Assembly (NCBI GenBank): GCA_049606355.1
Contig: JBMYVL010000003.1
Coordinates: 1 to 32,000 of the forward strand
Length of the DNA stretch: 32,000 bases
Reading direction: 5' to 3'
Source of the DNA: Opitutales bacterium
GTDB taxonomy: Bacteria > Verrucomicrobiota > Verrucomicrobiia > Opitutales > Coraliomargaritaceae
Below the pieces are notes generated by a model. It did not search any database and was not told where the DNA came from. It saw only the letters and a list, made by a program, of their open reading frames with translations. The position numbers and the translations under genes were made by a program. Of the stretch, positions 12,140 to 24,755 are shown one piece after another (position 1 is the stretch's first letter; every line of letters begins with the position of its first letter).

Positions 12140-12985
12140 ATGCCGCCAATCGAAAGCATTACCTTTGCCGTCAATCAATCCAAAGCAGGCGCTGCGGACA
12201 CCGCCCGCCACCTTGCGGGGCTGGCTGAATGCGAAGGCGTACAAACACAAATCCTCTCTGAATACCCACTGCCGGTGGGCGCGCTGAGCGGCCAGGATCT
12301 CTGTATCGCCATTGGTGGTGATGGTACCTTGCTTGGCGTTTTGGATGCAGCCTTGGATGCGGGCGCTGCTGTGCTCGGTGTCAACGTCGGAAAGCTCGGC
12401 TTCCTCGCGACATTTTCACAGCAAGAAGCCGCCAATGACCTCGCCCGATTAATTGCGGGCGACTACACGATCGCGGAGCGCAGTGTCCTGTGCTGCACCA
12501 ACCAAGCAGGCGTGTCCGTCCATGGTCTGAATGATGTGGTCCTCAAGGAAACTCAAGGTAGCGGCTTGGTGCGCCTGCGCGTATCTGCAAACGACAGCTA
12601 TGTATCCGAATACCATTGCGATGGGCTGATCTTCTCAACGCCAACAGGCTCGACCGCATACAACTTATCTGCCGGAGGGCCCATCATCGGACCACGTGTG
12701 CGCGCCATGGCAATGACACCGATTTGCCCACACACCTTTGGTAATCGCTCCGTCATTTTTGATAATTCGACACTCCTTACCGTCGAAAGCAGCCAAGCGG
12801 GTGCCTGCCCGCGCATTTGGATCGACGGTCAAGCTCGTTTCCCCGATGCCAACAATTTTCCGCTACGCATTACGGTAAGCGAGCAACAGTTACGTTTAAT
12901 GCAAAATCCCGAGCACTCTCACTTTGCGATCGTGCGCGACAAACTGAACTGGGGCGCGCCAGCGATTCGCGAGCCCGCTGACTAA
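12140..12985 (+). CDS. nadK: NAD(+) kinase
   Basis: Motifs '[12 protein letters not shown]', '[10 protein letters not shown]', 'NDVV' and '[22 protein letters not shown]'. I prefer ATG at 12140 ('[15 protein letters not shown]') over the upstream ATG at 12053, whose extension has no NadK-like sequence. Confidence 0.9.
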   Translation: MPPIESITFAVNQSKAGAADTARHLAGLAECEGVQTQILSEYPLPVGALSGQDLCIAIGGDGTLLGVLDAALDAGAAVLGVNVGKLGFLATFSQQEAANDLARLIAGDYTIAERSVLCCTNQAGVSVHGLNDVVLKETQGSGLVRLRVSANDSYVSEYHCDGLIFSTPTGSTAYNLSAGGPIIGPRVRAMAMTPICPHTFGNRSVIFDNSTLLTVESSQAGACPRIWIDGQARFPDANNFPLRITVSEQQLRLMQNPEHSHFAIVRDKLNWGAPAIREPAD

Positions 12986-13016
12986 GCCACCTCTGCCGCA
13001 GTGGCAACCGTAGCTG

Positions 13017-14370
13017 ATGAAGATTCTGGATAGTGTACCCGCGCAGCAGTCGGCAGCGATACAGCAAGTGGCTGGGCTTGTTCAAGCTGCGGGCGGCCGC
13101 GCTTTATTGGTTGGTGGTTGTGTGCGCGACGGCCTCTTAGGATTGCCCGCCAAGGACATCGATATCGAGGTCTACGGACTCTCGGCAAGCACTCTGGAAG
13201 CAATCTTGGCCGCATCGTTTCGTGTCGATACGGTTGGACGCGCGTTTGGTGTCTTTATTCTCAAGGGCCTCGAGATCGATATCGCACTGCCACGTCGTGA
13301 ATCCAGGATCGGCCCGAAGCATACCGATTTCAAAGTTGAGGGCGACCCTTCGATGCAACCGGAGGAAGCTGCGGCGCGGCGCGACTTCACCATCAATGCG
13401 ATCAGCTACGACCCTTTGAGCGGTGAATTGTTGGACCCATACAAGGGGCGCGATGATTTACAGAACCGCTTACTGCGCCACGTCTCGCCCGCATTCGTTG
13501 AAGATCCGTTGCGGGTTCTGCGCGGCATGCAATTTGTCGCGCGTTTTGAGCTCACGGCCGATGCCTCCACAATCGAACTCTGCAAGACACTCGACCCTAC
13601 ACATTTACCGGCGGAGCGGCTCTGGGAAGAGTGGAAGAAATTAATTCTAAAGGGGCAGCGTATCTCGCTTGGGCTCGAGTTCCTGCGCGCCTGCAATTGG
13701 CTCCACGCTTTCCCTGAACTCGAGGCATTGGTCGGCTGCCAGCAAGATCCACAATGGCACCCCGAAGGAGATGTGTGGACACATACCGGTCATTGCATGG
13801 ATGCCTTCGCCGAGCAGCGGCGGAACGAGCCGTGGGAGGATTTAATTGTCGGCCTCGCGGTACTTTGTCATGACTTCGGCAAACCGGTCGCATCCTACAC
13901 CGATGAATCGGGGCGCATTCGTAGCCCTCGCCATGATGTCGAGGGTGTACCCATTGCGCGCGCTTTCTTGCAGCGCCTGACGCGACAGAAAGCCGTATGC
14001 GAAGAGGTATTGCCACTTGTCGAGCAGCACATGCGCCCGCTCGCGCTCTACCGCGACCAAGCCGGCGATGCGGCAATTCGCCGCTTGGCTGCACGCGTCC
14101 AGCGCGTTGACCGACTCATCCGCGTGGCGCACGCCGATAAATGTGGACGACCGCCGATTCAGATCACGGACTTTCCCGAAGGGGACTGGCTCCTTGGCAA
14201 AGCCGAGGCTCTGGCAATCGAAGCCAATGCACCCAAGCCACTGATGCTGGGTCGACACCTCATCGACTTGGGAGTGACTCCGGGACCGCAGTTTGGCAGT
14301 TATTTGGATCGCGCTTACCAGGCTCAGCTCGATGGCGCCTTTAACGACGTTGACGGCGGAATCAAATTCC

Positions 14371-14393
<23 letters not shown>
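13017..14393 (+). CDS. cca: CCA-adding tRNA nucleotidyltransferase / poly(A) polymerase family with HD domain
   Basis: '[23 protein letters not shown]' is the class II nucleotidyltransferase head and 'RRDFTINA' is also present. The downstream HD motif reads 'VLCHDFGKP'. Confidence 0.88.
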
Positions 14394-16617
<2,224 letters not shown>

Positions 16618-16769
16618 GGCGCCGATGCAAACTACACGTCATCAAACTTGCAAGAATCGAACCCCGCAGGTTGGTAAAAAAGCCGCTAAGTGATCGGCTC
16701 CACTGCGCCGCGCCGCACATCCGATAAAAGGCTTGTCGATGGAAATTGGCCCGACCATAGTCCACCTCC

Positions 16770-18914
16770 GTGCCACGCTACGCTCGGTTATTCTGTTTAT
16801 TTTTATTGCTCACGCTGCGCCTGCCGCTGGGGGCGGCCTTGCCTGAACTCAGCTCCCTCGATCCGATTGAGTACGACGAACAGGCTCAGCGCTTGGTTGC
16901 AAGGGGTAACGCGCAACTCCAGATCGATGACACACGGGTGACTGCCGATCGCATCACCTACTATCGTGCATTTTCGCTGGCGGATGCAGACGGTCAGGTC
17001 GTAATCGATCGCGCCGGTCTGCGCATGTTGGCCGAACGGATGAGCTACGAAGCAGAGACTGGTATTTTCTCAATCGAAACACTGCGTACCGGAAGCTGGC
17101 CGTATTATTTGAACGCCCGTAGTGCGGGTGGCACCGCGGAGGAAGCCGAGCTCAACGAGGTCACGCTCCATTATGGCGCACCTGGTGCCTTCAGCCCCAG
17201 TATTCACGCCCAATCGGTCGCCTACCGCGCGGGCGCGGCAGGTACCCTACACTTAAAGAAGACTACTTTGCGCCTCGGCAAGATACCCCTCTTCTACCTG
17301 CCGAGTTATACCCACCAGTTGGGGCGAGCTCCATTTCACTTAGACGTAACGGCAGGTTCGGACAGTGAGCTCGGCACCTACCTACAAACCACATCCCTGC
17401 TCCACATCACGCCTTGGTTCCGCGCGGGTGCCAACCTCGACTTCTACAGCAAACGAGGTGCCCTTGCGGGTCCGACGGCTCAATACCTTTACCATAGCGC
17501 CACGCAAAGCATCGTCGGCGCTTTCAGCAGTGGCAGCCTCAAGGATCGTGGCGATGCCAACATCGACATCAATGGGCAACCCACTCCAAGCAGCCGAGGC
17601 TTTGCTGAATGGCGCCATCAACAGCAGATCGATGAGCGTTTGCAACTGACCGCTGCACTCAGCTATTGGTCCGACTCGGAAGTGACTCGTGACTTCCGCG
17701 AAGACTACTTCAACCAAAACCGTCGACCCGACCATTTCGCCGAAGCGAGCTATTCGGGCGGCAATTATTTACTTTCGGCCTTCGGGCGTTTTCAGACGGG
17801 TGATTTCTACCTCACGCAAGAACGGCTTCCGGAAGTGCGCCTGGATATCTTCCCGATTCCATTGTTGAACACCGGCGCCTACCATCAGGCCTCGGCTAGT
17901 TATGCGCGTTTACGAGAGGACTTTCTGCAAAAAGAAGATTATTCGCAGGCGACTGACTACCAACGTTTCGACCTCAATTACCGCATTCAACGCCCCTATC
18001 GTCTCAGCGACTGGGCGACCCTTACGCCGCTCGCCGGCACCCGCCTCACGCACTATCAGAATCAGGAAATGGATACTGCCTTGGCGACCGAGCTTGGGCT
18101 GAACCCGCGTGCGAATACCACTCGAAAACTCTATGAGTTTGGGTTTGATCTCGAAGCGCGCGCACATGCGAGCTATCCTACGGTCAATAAGACATGGGGA
18201 ATCAATGGCTTGCGGCACCTTGTACGACCGGTCGCTCGCTACCGCTACACAACTGGAAACGAGGTGAACCGCGAAATTGCGGCAATTGAACGCCGCGCCT
18301 TCGACTTAGACCGGCCACTCATCAACCTCGGTGAGCAGCGCTCCATCGATACCATCAACCCGACACATTTATTGCGCATCGGAATCGAAAATCGCTACCA
18401 AACACGTGCCTCAGCTTATGGCTCCCGAGACCTAGCTGCGCTAAATTTTTATCAGGACGTGCTATTGGATAAAGATGACTTCGAGCGCTATGATCAGGAG
18501 TCGGCAAGTACCTTCGATGCAAGCTGGGTTGAACTCATGCTGCGCCCAGCACCTTGGCTCAAATTCGACCTGTCGGCGCGATTAAACACGCATGGCTTAA
18601 CATTGGAACAACTGGTAACCCGCACCGCGCTGATTAGTGGCGAATCTTGGCAGATTGGTTTATCCACCGACATGCTACGTCGCCAAATCGATCAATATCG
18701 AATTGATTTCATCACTAAGTTGAATGAACGCTACGCGCTGTTTTCCGATATCCGCTTCGACAGTCAAGCAAACGCATTTACGCACACGCGCGTTGGCATC
18801 CATACCAAAATTGGCAACATCTGGGAAGTCATCTACGCACTCTCGTTCCGCAACAACACCACTCGTGAAAGCGATTTCGGGTTCACGGTTAGCTTACGCC
18901 TCAACGATCTCTAG
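16770..18914 (+). CDS. lptD: LPS-assembly outer-membrane protein LptD/OstA family
   Basis: GTG start and signal peptide 'LFCLFLLLTLRLPLGAA'. The OstA-like N-terminal repeats read 'ARGNAQLQIDDTRVTADRITYY...DADGQVVIDRAGLRMLAERMSYEAETG'. A long beta-barrel-like region rich in alternating aromatic/polar residues follows. Confidence 0.8.
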   Translation: MPRYARLFCLFLLLTLRLPLGAALPELSSLDPIEYDEQAQRLVARGNAQLQIDDTRVTADRITYYRAFSLADADGQVVIDRAGLRMLAERMSYEAETGIFSIETLRTGSWPYYLNARSAGGTAEEAELNEVTLHYGAPGAFSPSIHAQSVAYRAGAAGTLHLKKTTLRLGKIPLFYLPSYTHQLGRAPFHLDVTAGSDSELGTYLQTTSLLHITPWFRAGANLDFYSKRGALAGPTAQYLYHSATQSIVGAFSSGSLKDRGDANIDINGQPTPSSRGFAEWRHQQQIDERLQLTAALSYWSDSEVTRDFREDYFNQNRRPDHFAEASYSGGNYLLSAFGRFQTGDFYLTQERLPEVRLDIFPIPLLNTGAYHQASASYARLREDFLQKEDYSQATDYQRFDLNYRIQRPYRLSDWATLTPLAGTRLTHYQNQEMDTALATELGLNPRANTTRKLYEFGFDLEARAHASYPTVNKTWGINGLRHLVRPVARYRYTTGNEVNREIAAIERRAFDLDRPLINLGEQRSIDTINPTHLLRIGIENRYQTRASAYGSRDLAALNFYQDVLLDKDDFERYDQESASTFDASWVELMLRPAPWLKFDLSARLNTHGLTLEQLVTRTALISGESWQIGLSTDMLRRQIDQYRIDFITKLNERYALFSDIRFDSQANAFTHTRVGIHTKIGNIWEVIYALSFRNNTTRESDFGFTVSLRLNDL

Positions 18915-18920
18915 TTATTT

Positions 18921-19667
18921 ATGGAAGAAGCACTCGTACCCAGTAACGACTTTGCCATCCGCCTTCCCGCATTTGAAGGTCCGCTCGATCTCCTACTCTA
19001 TCTAATACGACGCAGTGAAGTCGACATCTACGACATCCCTATTGAGACCGTCACGCAGCAGTACATAGACATACTCGGGTCGATGGAAAAACTCGATCTC
19101 GAAGTGGCCGGCGAATTCTTTGTGATGGCTGCCACACTGATGTACATCAAGAGTCGCATGTTGCTGCCTAAAAAAGATCAAGGGCGGAACGATGATAGCG
19201 AAGACGATGACTTCGACCCGCGCTGGGAGCTCGTCCAACAACTTCTGGAGTATAAAAAATTCAAGGAGGCTTCGGCTGAAATTGAGCAGCTGATTCGCAA
19301 CAGTAATGATCTGATTGCTCGGATTGGTCCCAAAGAAGCGCTGGAGGCGGTGGAGCGCCCACTGAAACCGGTCGACCGCTTGGATCTCTGGAATACCTTC
19401 AATCAAGTGCTGCGCCGCCTAGCCGAGCGCATCACCGAGGGCGAAATCCACGCCGAGCAGGTCACTGTAGCCGATCGCATGGAATACGTACTGCTCCATT
19501 TGCGCGAACGACGAAGCTTCTTATTTTCCGAACTATTCGAATCGACCACGACTCTCACAACCATTGTTGCCAGCTTCCTCGCCGTTTTAGAATTAACCCG
19601 ACTCGGCAAAATTAAGATCGAACAAGACCAAGCATTCGCTGATATACGTTGCACTGCAGGTGAATAG
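18921..19667 (+). CDS. scpA: Segregation and condensation protein A (kleisin)
   Basis: 'LPAFEGPLDLLLYLIRRSEVDIYDIPIETVTQQYI' is the hallmark ScpA N-terminus. The C-terminal winged-helix-like region reads 'VASFLAVLELTRLGKIKIEQ'. Confidence 0.9.
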   Translation: MEEALVPSNDFAIRLPAFEGPLDLLLYLIRRSEVDIYDIPIETVTQQYIDILGSMEKLDLEVAGEFFVMAATLMYIKSRMLLPKKDQGRNDDSEDDDFDPRWELVQQLLEYKKFKEASAEIEQLIRNSNDLIARIGPKEALEAVERPLKPVDRLDLWNTFNQVLRRLAERITEGEIHAEQVTVADRMEYVLLHLRERRSFLFSELFESTTTLTTIVASFLAVLELTRLGKIKIEQDQAFADIRCTAGE

Positions 19668-19709
19668 GCGCTGCTCCCCACGCGCTAACTTTACAACAAT
19701 CATTGGCAT

Positions 19710-19952
19710 ATGGAGAAACCAACGAAAACAGCTGCCCACTTAATCGGAATCGGACTGGACGCTCAAGACGGCCACAAGCGGATCACCCAAGCGGAACGCT
19801 TCTCCATCGTCGGGGGCTCTGCCGAAACGCATGATAAAATGAGCGAAACGGTTATCAAAACTTTCGAAACACTCGACCGTCGCGGCAAGACACTGGATCG
19901 AGTTGAGAAAGACGAACTGGTCGAGATCATTCAAGAGAGTACCCCTCAATGA
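19710..19952 (+). CDS. Hypothetical 80-aa soluble protein
   Basis: ATG start. Codon choice looks like the neighbouring genes (ATC, TTC, GAC preferred). The sequence 'HLIGIGLDAQDGHKRITQAERFSIVGGSAETHDKM' looks globular. No family recognised. Confidence 0.55.
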   Translation: MEKPTKTAAHLIGIGLDAQDGHKRITQAERFSIVGGSAETHDKMSETVIKTFETLDRRGKTLDRVEKDELVEIIQESTPQ

Positions 19953-20200
19953 ATGGGTCGCTTGACAGTCCCGAATCCGACACCCATCTTTACCCAACAA
20001 TGAGCGATCGCCACGAAAATCCAACCACTGATGATGCGTCCACACTCGCTGCGGTCAGTCAGTCGCTCGCTTCCACTACGCCTGAATCGGAGCGTATCCA
20101 GGCCTCCATACAAACTCTGCTGGTGGACGTGATCGGAACCGCTCTCACAATTGCGTTCACCACACTACTGTATCAGGATCTTGCACCTTTCTTAAAGTAA
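19949..20200 (+). CDS. Hypothetical 83-aa protein with a C-terminal hydrophobic helix
   Basis: Its ATG overlaps the upstream stop (ATGA at 19949-19952). It has an acidic/Ser/Thr-rich low-complexity N-terminal part and a single TM-like segment 'LLVDVIGTALTIAFTTLLY' near the C-terminus. Confidence 0.4.
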   Translation: MNGSLDSPESDTHLYPTMSDRHENPTTDDASTLAAVSQSLASTTPESERIQASIQTLLVDVIGTALTIAFTTLLYQDLAPFLK

Positions 20201-20227
20201 TCACCCATAAATCCGTAACTAACCGAT

Positions 20228-20545
20228 ATGTCCGACCCGATTATAGAACTCGATACCACTAACTTTGAAGCCGCGATCAGCGACGCCAACGTACCAGTTG
20301 TCGTAGATTTTTGGGCCCCTTGGTGTGGTCCCTGTAAGGCAATCGCGCCGATTCTTGAAGAATTGGCAGGAGAACTGGGTGACTCCGTTAAAATCTGCAA
20401 GGTCAACGTCGACAACAACAGCGATATCGCGGGCAAGTACGAGATCCGCGCGATCCCAACCATTCTGGTCTTTAAAAATGGGGCAATTGCCGAAACCATC
20501 GTCGGTTTAACATCCAAAGACGACCTCAAGGCTAAACTCGCTTAA
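20228..20545 (+). CDS. trxA: Thioredoxin
   Basis: 105 aa with the 'VVVDFWAPWCGPCK' active site and 'IRAIPTILVFKNG'. Confidence 0.95.
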   Translation: MSDPIIELDTTNFEAAISDANVPVVVDFWAPWCGPCKAIAPILEELAGELGDSVKICKVNVDNNSDIAGKYEIRAIPTILVFKNGAIAETIVGLTSKDDLKAKLA

Positions 20546-20583
20546 TCGGGGCCCACTCAGGAGCGCGCGACGAAGCACTTTCC

Positions 20584-20611
20584 AGCACCCGCAATTGCGG
20601 GTGCTTTTTTG
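20584..20611 (+). terminator. Rho-independent terminator of trxA
   Basis: A 9-bp GC-rich stem AGCACCCGC (20584-20592) / GCGGGTGCT (20597-20605) with loop AATT, followed directly by a T tract (TTTTTTG). Confidence 0.75.
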
Positions 20612-20682
20612 TGTCGCTTCAGTTTTCCACATGCTGCCGGCGACGCTCTTGCATTCGGGGTGGTGTCTTATAAAGTATTCGA

Positions 20683-21042
20683 ATGAAGCCACGCACATTG
20701 CGTCATCGCTTAGAGAAGGCTGCTAAGTTATTGGTTCTGATACAAAAACATGTACCCGAAGTTTCCTGTCAATGGGATGAAGCTCGCAGTGACCATGGCG
20801 TACTGATCCTCGACTTCACCGACAGTGGCATGAGTCGAACAAAGTTACGTCAACTGGGCGAAGACTTGGAGGCTCGCGGCTACCAATTTACCCACAGCAA
20901 AAGTCCTTGGTTAGGCCAAGAGACTTACAGCGGCAAGGCACCTGATAAAACTCAAATTGTGTTGAGTCTACCCATCGTTAAAAATCGGCTTTCCGTGGAT
21001 CAAGGCGCCACGCAGACGCCCTATCAATTCAAGCCACAATAA
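20683..21042 (+). CDS. Hypothetical 119-aa protein
   Basis: ATG-initiated ORF after the trxA terminator, convergent with argH. No motif recognised. By eye it uses TTA/TTG Leu codons more than its neighbours. Confidence 0.5.
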   Translation: MKPRTLRHRLEKAAKLLVLIQKHVPEVSCQWDEARSDHGVLILDFTDSGMSRTKLRQLGEDLEARGYQFTHSKSPWLGQETYSGKAPDKTQIVLSLPIVKNRLSVDQGATQTPYQFKPQ

Positions 21043-21051
21043 GCCGCTGGC

Positions 21052-22449
21052 TTATGCCTGCTTCCAGTAAGCGATGCGGGCAGCCACTTCCTGGGGGCCC
21101 GGCATACCAGGACGCTCGCGCGCCTCAAGGGCACGTTGGAGATCAAAAACCGTGCGCCAGTCTTGCTTCAGTTCCGGGTGAATCGCCGCAACTTGATCCT
21201 GCGGCAACTCGTCCAGCGGTCGATCGAGCTGTTCCGCCAGCCCCACCAATGCCCCAACTACGTGATGCGCCTCGCGGAATGGTACCCCTTTGCTAACAAG
21301 ATAGTCGACGACATCAGTCGCGAGTAATGCCGGATCCGACACTGCCTGGGCACATTGATCCGCATTCACTTGGATTCCCGGCAAGCAAGCCGCAAGTGAC
21401 TCCAACATCAGTAGAGTCTGATCAAAAGAATCAAACACGGGCGGCTTATCTTCTTGTAGATCTCGATTGTAGGTCAACGGCAGGCCCTTCACCATGGTCA
21501 ACAAGGTTTGAACATTGCCTGCCAGACGAGCCGATTTCCCACGGATTAATTCAAACGCATCCGGGTTCTTTTTCTGCGGCATCAGGCTCGAACCCGTTGT
21601 GAATGTATCCGGCAAACGAACGAAATTAAACTCCGCACTGCTCCACAAGATAAAGTCTTCGGACAAGCGTGAAAGGTGAACTCCAATAGTCGCACAGGCT
21701 GTGGCAAAATCAATAAAGGCGTCGCGATCACTGACCGCATCCATACTGTTTTGGGTTAAGCGGGGCTCACCATCATCATCGACAAAACCCAGTTCTCGCG
21801 CAACAAAGGCGCGGTCAATTGGCAACGTTGTGCCTGCTATGGCACCTGAACCAAGCGGACACACATTCGCTTGCTCATACAATGCACTGATGCGAGTCCG
21901 ATCGCGATCAAACATCTCGACGTAGGCGAGCAAGTGATGCGCGATCGATACCGGCTGAGCTCGTTGTAAATGAGTATAGCCCGGGATGATGTACTGTTGG
22001 CTGCGCTCCGCAAAACCAACCATCGCAGCAATCACGTCAGTCAAGGCAGCATCCAGTTGTTCACAAGCATCCTTAAACCATAAACGCATATCTGTCGCGA
22101 CTTGATCATTGCGACTGCGGGCGGTGTGTAATTTAGCCGCAACTGGCACACGTTGCGTGAGCGCTTGCTCGATGTTCATGTGAACATCTTCCAAGTGTGG
22201 ATCCCATTCGAATCGACCTGACTCGATGTCCGCAAGAACCGCATCGAGGCCTGTGCAAATCGCAGCAGCTTCATCTGCAGTTAAAATACCCACCTCCGCC
22301 AACATCATGGCATGCGCACGGCTTCCCAGTACATCAAACTTCGCCAAGCGCTGATCGAACGAGACAGATTCACCAATGCGTAACATTAACTCTGCTGGAC
22401 CTTGTGTGAATCGGCCACCCCATGTCGCTTGTTTTTTCAAATCTGCCAT
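21052..22449 (-). CDS. argH: Argininosuccinate lyase
   Basis: 'WGGRF', '[13 protein letters not shown]', '[10 protein letters not shown]', and the fumarate-lyase signature '[12 protein letters not shown]'. Confidence 0.95.
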   Translation of the reverse strand: MADLKKQATWGGRFTQGPAELMLRIGESVSFDQRLAKFDVLGSRAHAMMLAEVGILTADEAAAICTGLDAVLADIESGRFEWDPHLEDVHMNIEQALTQRVPVAAKLHTARSRNDQVATDMRLWFKDACEQLDAALTDVIAAMVGFAERSQQYIIPGYTHLQRAQPVSIAHHLLAYVEMFDRDRTRISALYEQANVCPLGSGAIAGTTLPIDRAFVARELGFVDDDGEPRLTQNSMDAVSDRDAFIDFATACATIGVHLSRLSEDFILWSSAEFNFVRLPDTFTTGSSLMPQKKNPDAFELIRGKSARLAGNVQTLLTMVKGLPLTYNRDLQEDKPPVFDSFDQTLLMLESLAACLPGIQVNADQCAQAVSDPALLATDVVDYLVSKGVPFREAHHVVGALVGLAEQLDRPLDELPQDQVAAIHPELKQDWRTVFDLQRALEARERPGMPGPQEVAARIAYWKQA

Positions 22450-22548
22450 GAGTTTGGAGTTTTCGTAACGAAAACCGCTTTGGCAAATTCAAACTGCGCA
22501 GCTAAGGAACTCATGCAGCGCGCAATCAATCGATCCAGCTAGGGATAA

Positions 22549-24555
22549 TTAAGCAAACAAATCAGCTGGATTGCTAACTCCAGGATGACACTGCGTGCCA
22601 ACGCACAGCTGATAATTTTCCTGTTGCTGACTCGGATCGATCACCTGCAGGAAGCGTCGCTGCCACGGTTGCATTGTAAGGGCCGCATGAAGTGCCTCGA
22701 GTGGCGCACCCTGACGAATCTTAATCACTTGTACCCCCTGCTGGTGGACTGCAATCGCTTCCAATGCATGCGCAACACCACTGGCCACATGTTTTGCGGA
22801 GTCACTGTAGGCAGGACACAAATCGTTAAAGGCTTTGTCATAACGCGCCTCACTGGTTAGCGCATAAAGTCCCGACAATGCGTGCAATAGAGCACTGTTT
22901 CCTGAGGGTGTCGCATTATCAAACCACTCTTTACGCCGTGCAACCGGGGTATGCACACCATCTGCAGTAAAAAAATAACCCCGTGCAGTCGCATCTTCAA
23001 ATAATTCCAGCGCACTGTCCACGCATACTTTGGCACGCTTCAGATAGCAGCGCGACGCACCGACATCCAAGCAATCAATTTTTGCGGCCACTGCGAGGAA
23101 AGCTTCTGCCGCTAGGGCATAATCATGCAGGTAGCCATCCACGGATGCACCAACATCAGAATAATAAACCGCCTTCAAACGTGCGGTGCCGCACTCGTTC
23201 GGCTCAACCAATTCCTGCCAAATAAAATCTGCGGTGCTGCGCGCTCGCTGTAACCAATCCGGGCGATTTAAATAAAATCCGGCTTCCGCCATCGATCGCA
23301 CCAATAAACTATTCCAAGCCGTTAACAGCTTCGAGTCTTTGCCGGGCGGCTGGCGGTTTGCTTCGCGGTATTTCCGTAATGCCTCGCGCGCAGGAGCTAG
23401 TTTGGCCCGCACAGCCCAACTTGCTTCGACCAATGAAGGGTTGGAGGAGCCGGCTTCAAAATTGCCAGCAGCAGTAATATTATAAGCCGCACGAATTTCA
23501 CGCCCCACGCTTGGACCGACCGCTAAATCGATTTCTTCAGGGTTCCAAACATAATAGTGGCCTTCGCCCTCCTCCGAATCAGCATCCACCGCCGAGTAAT
23601 AGCCGCCTCCCGCAGCACTCATGTCACGTTCCAGCCAATCCATCGTTTCATCAACCACAGCCGCATACAACGGATCCTTGGAGTCCAACCACCCTCGCGT
23701 ATAAGCATCTATCAGCAAGGCATTGTCGTAGAGCATTTTTTCGAAATGTGGTATCAACCAGTGTGTATCGACGCTGTAACGAGCGAAGCCACCACCAAAC
23801 TGGTCATACAAACCGCCGTGTGCCATCGCCTTTAAGGTTTGATGGCATACTCGGTCAACGCGTTCCGCCAGTTGCGGGTCTTCTTTTTTCAATTGTGCGT
23901 CGTTGCGCATCGCGCGCAAAAAATTGAGAACCATCGCGGGAGGAAACTTAGGCGCTTGCCCAAAGCCTCCATAGGTATCGTCATGCGTGCCACAAATACC
24001 ACGCACTGCATCTACAAGGTCCTTCGCCTGCCACGCAGCACCCGCAACTTGATTGGCCGCCAGTATGTTTTTCTGTATGGCATCGGCGTTTTCGACCAAT
24101 TCATCTTTAGCACTGCGATAATGCTCAGCGATGCGCATCAACAACTGCGGCCAGGGGACCAAGCCATTGCCACGATCGTCTGGAGGGAAATAGGTACCGC
24201 CAAAAAAAGGCCGCCCATCCGGCAGACAAAAAACATGAAGCGGCCAACCGCCATGATGTTGGAGCATTTGCACCGCCTCCATGTAAACTTGATCTACATC
24301 CGGGTACTCTTCGCGATCGACTTTAACACAGACAAAATGCTTGTTCATTAATGCTGCGATATACGCATCATCAAAGCACTCATGTGCCATAACATGGCAC
24401 CAGTGACATGCCGAATACCCGATCGAGATGAGCAGTGGCTTATTACAGGCCTTCGCTTCGGCCAGCGCAGCCTCACCCCATGGATACCAATCCACCGCTT
24501 GATTGGCATGTTGGCGTAAATAAAGGCTCTGTTCGTCCTGCAGGCGATTTGGCAT
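22549..24555 (-). CDS. Thioredoxin-domain protein, DUF255/YyaL family with a six-hairpin (N-acylglucosamine 2-epimerase-like) C-terminal region
   Basis: '[29 protein letters not shown]...[20 protein letters not shown]' is the typical DUF255 N-terminus. I prefer ATG at 24555 over GTG at 24561. Confidence 0.9.
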   Translation of the reverse strand: MPNRLQDEQSLYLRQHANQAVDWYPWGEAALAEAKACNKPLLISIGYSACHWCHVMAHECFDDAYIAALMNKHFVCVKVDREEYPDVDQVYMEAVQMLQHHGGWPLHVFCLPDGRPFFGGTYFPPDDRGNGLVPWPQLLMRIAEHYRSAKDELVENADAIQKNILAANQVAGAAWQAKDLVDAVRGICGTHDDTYGGFGQAPKFPPAMVLNFLRAMRNDAQLKKEDPQLAERVDRVCHQTLKAMAHGGLYDQFGGGFARYSVDTHWLIPHFEKMLYDNALLIDAYTRGWLDSKDPLYAAVVDETMDWLERDMSAAGGGYYSAVDADSEEGEGHYYVWNPEEIDLAVGPSVGREIRAAYNITAAGNFEAGSSNPSLVEASWAVRAKLAPAREALRKYREANRQPPGKDSKLLTAWNSLLVRSMAEAGFYLNRPDWLQRARSTADFIWQELVEPNECGTARLKAVYYSDVGASVDGYLHDYALAAEAFLAVAAKIDCLDVGASRCYLKRAKVCVDSALELFEDATARGYFFTADGVHTPVARRKEWFDNATPSGNSALLHALSGLYALTSEARYDKAFNDLCPAYSDSAKHVASGVAHALEAIAVHQQGVQVIKIRQGAPLEALHAALTMQPWQRRFLQVIDPSQQQENYQLCVGTQCHPGVSNPADLFA

Positions 24556-24700
24556 GCACACTCTTTAAGGCCCATCAAATAGCGAGGGCAAGGCCTTTGC
24601 GCCCATGCCGGTGAAAACAATCCAACTGCTTGTCGAGATTCGCATCGCTACAAATAAGTTGTTGAGCCGCGGACCTCACGAGAGCCAATCAGCAAAGAAC

Positions 24701-24708
24701 TGTATAAT
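24701..24708 (+). promoter_or_regulatory. Candidate extended -10 promoter element (TGTATAAT) upstream of mutL
   Basis: A perfect TGnTATAAT lies 48 nt upstream of the mutL ATG in the yyaL-like/mutL divergent intergenic region. No convincing -35 was seen. The promoter consensus of this organism is unknown. Confidence 0.3.
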
Positions 24709-24755
24709 TGTTTGCAGCGTAGCCGGACAGCGCCAAATTGTTGTCCCTTACCTCT

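Noticed and set aside
16650-16670. A tRNA-like 'GAATCGAACC' string in the glgB/lptD divergent intergenic region.
   Set aside because: The flanking bases do not form a T-stem or an acceptor stem on either strand, so no cloverleaf can be built.
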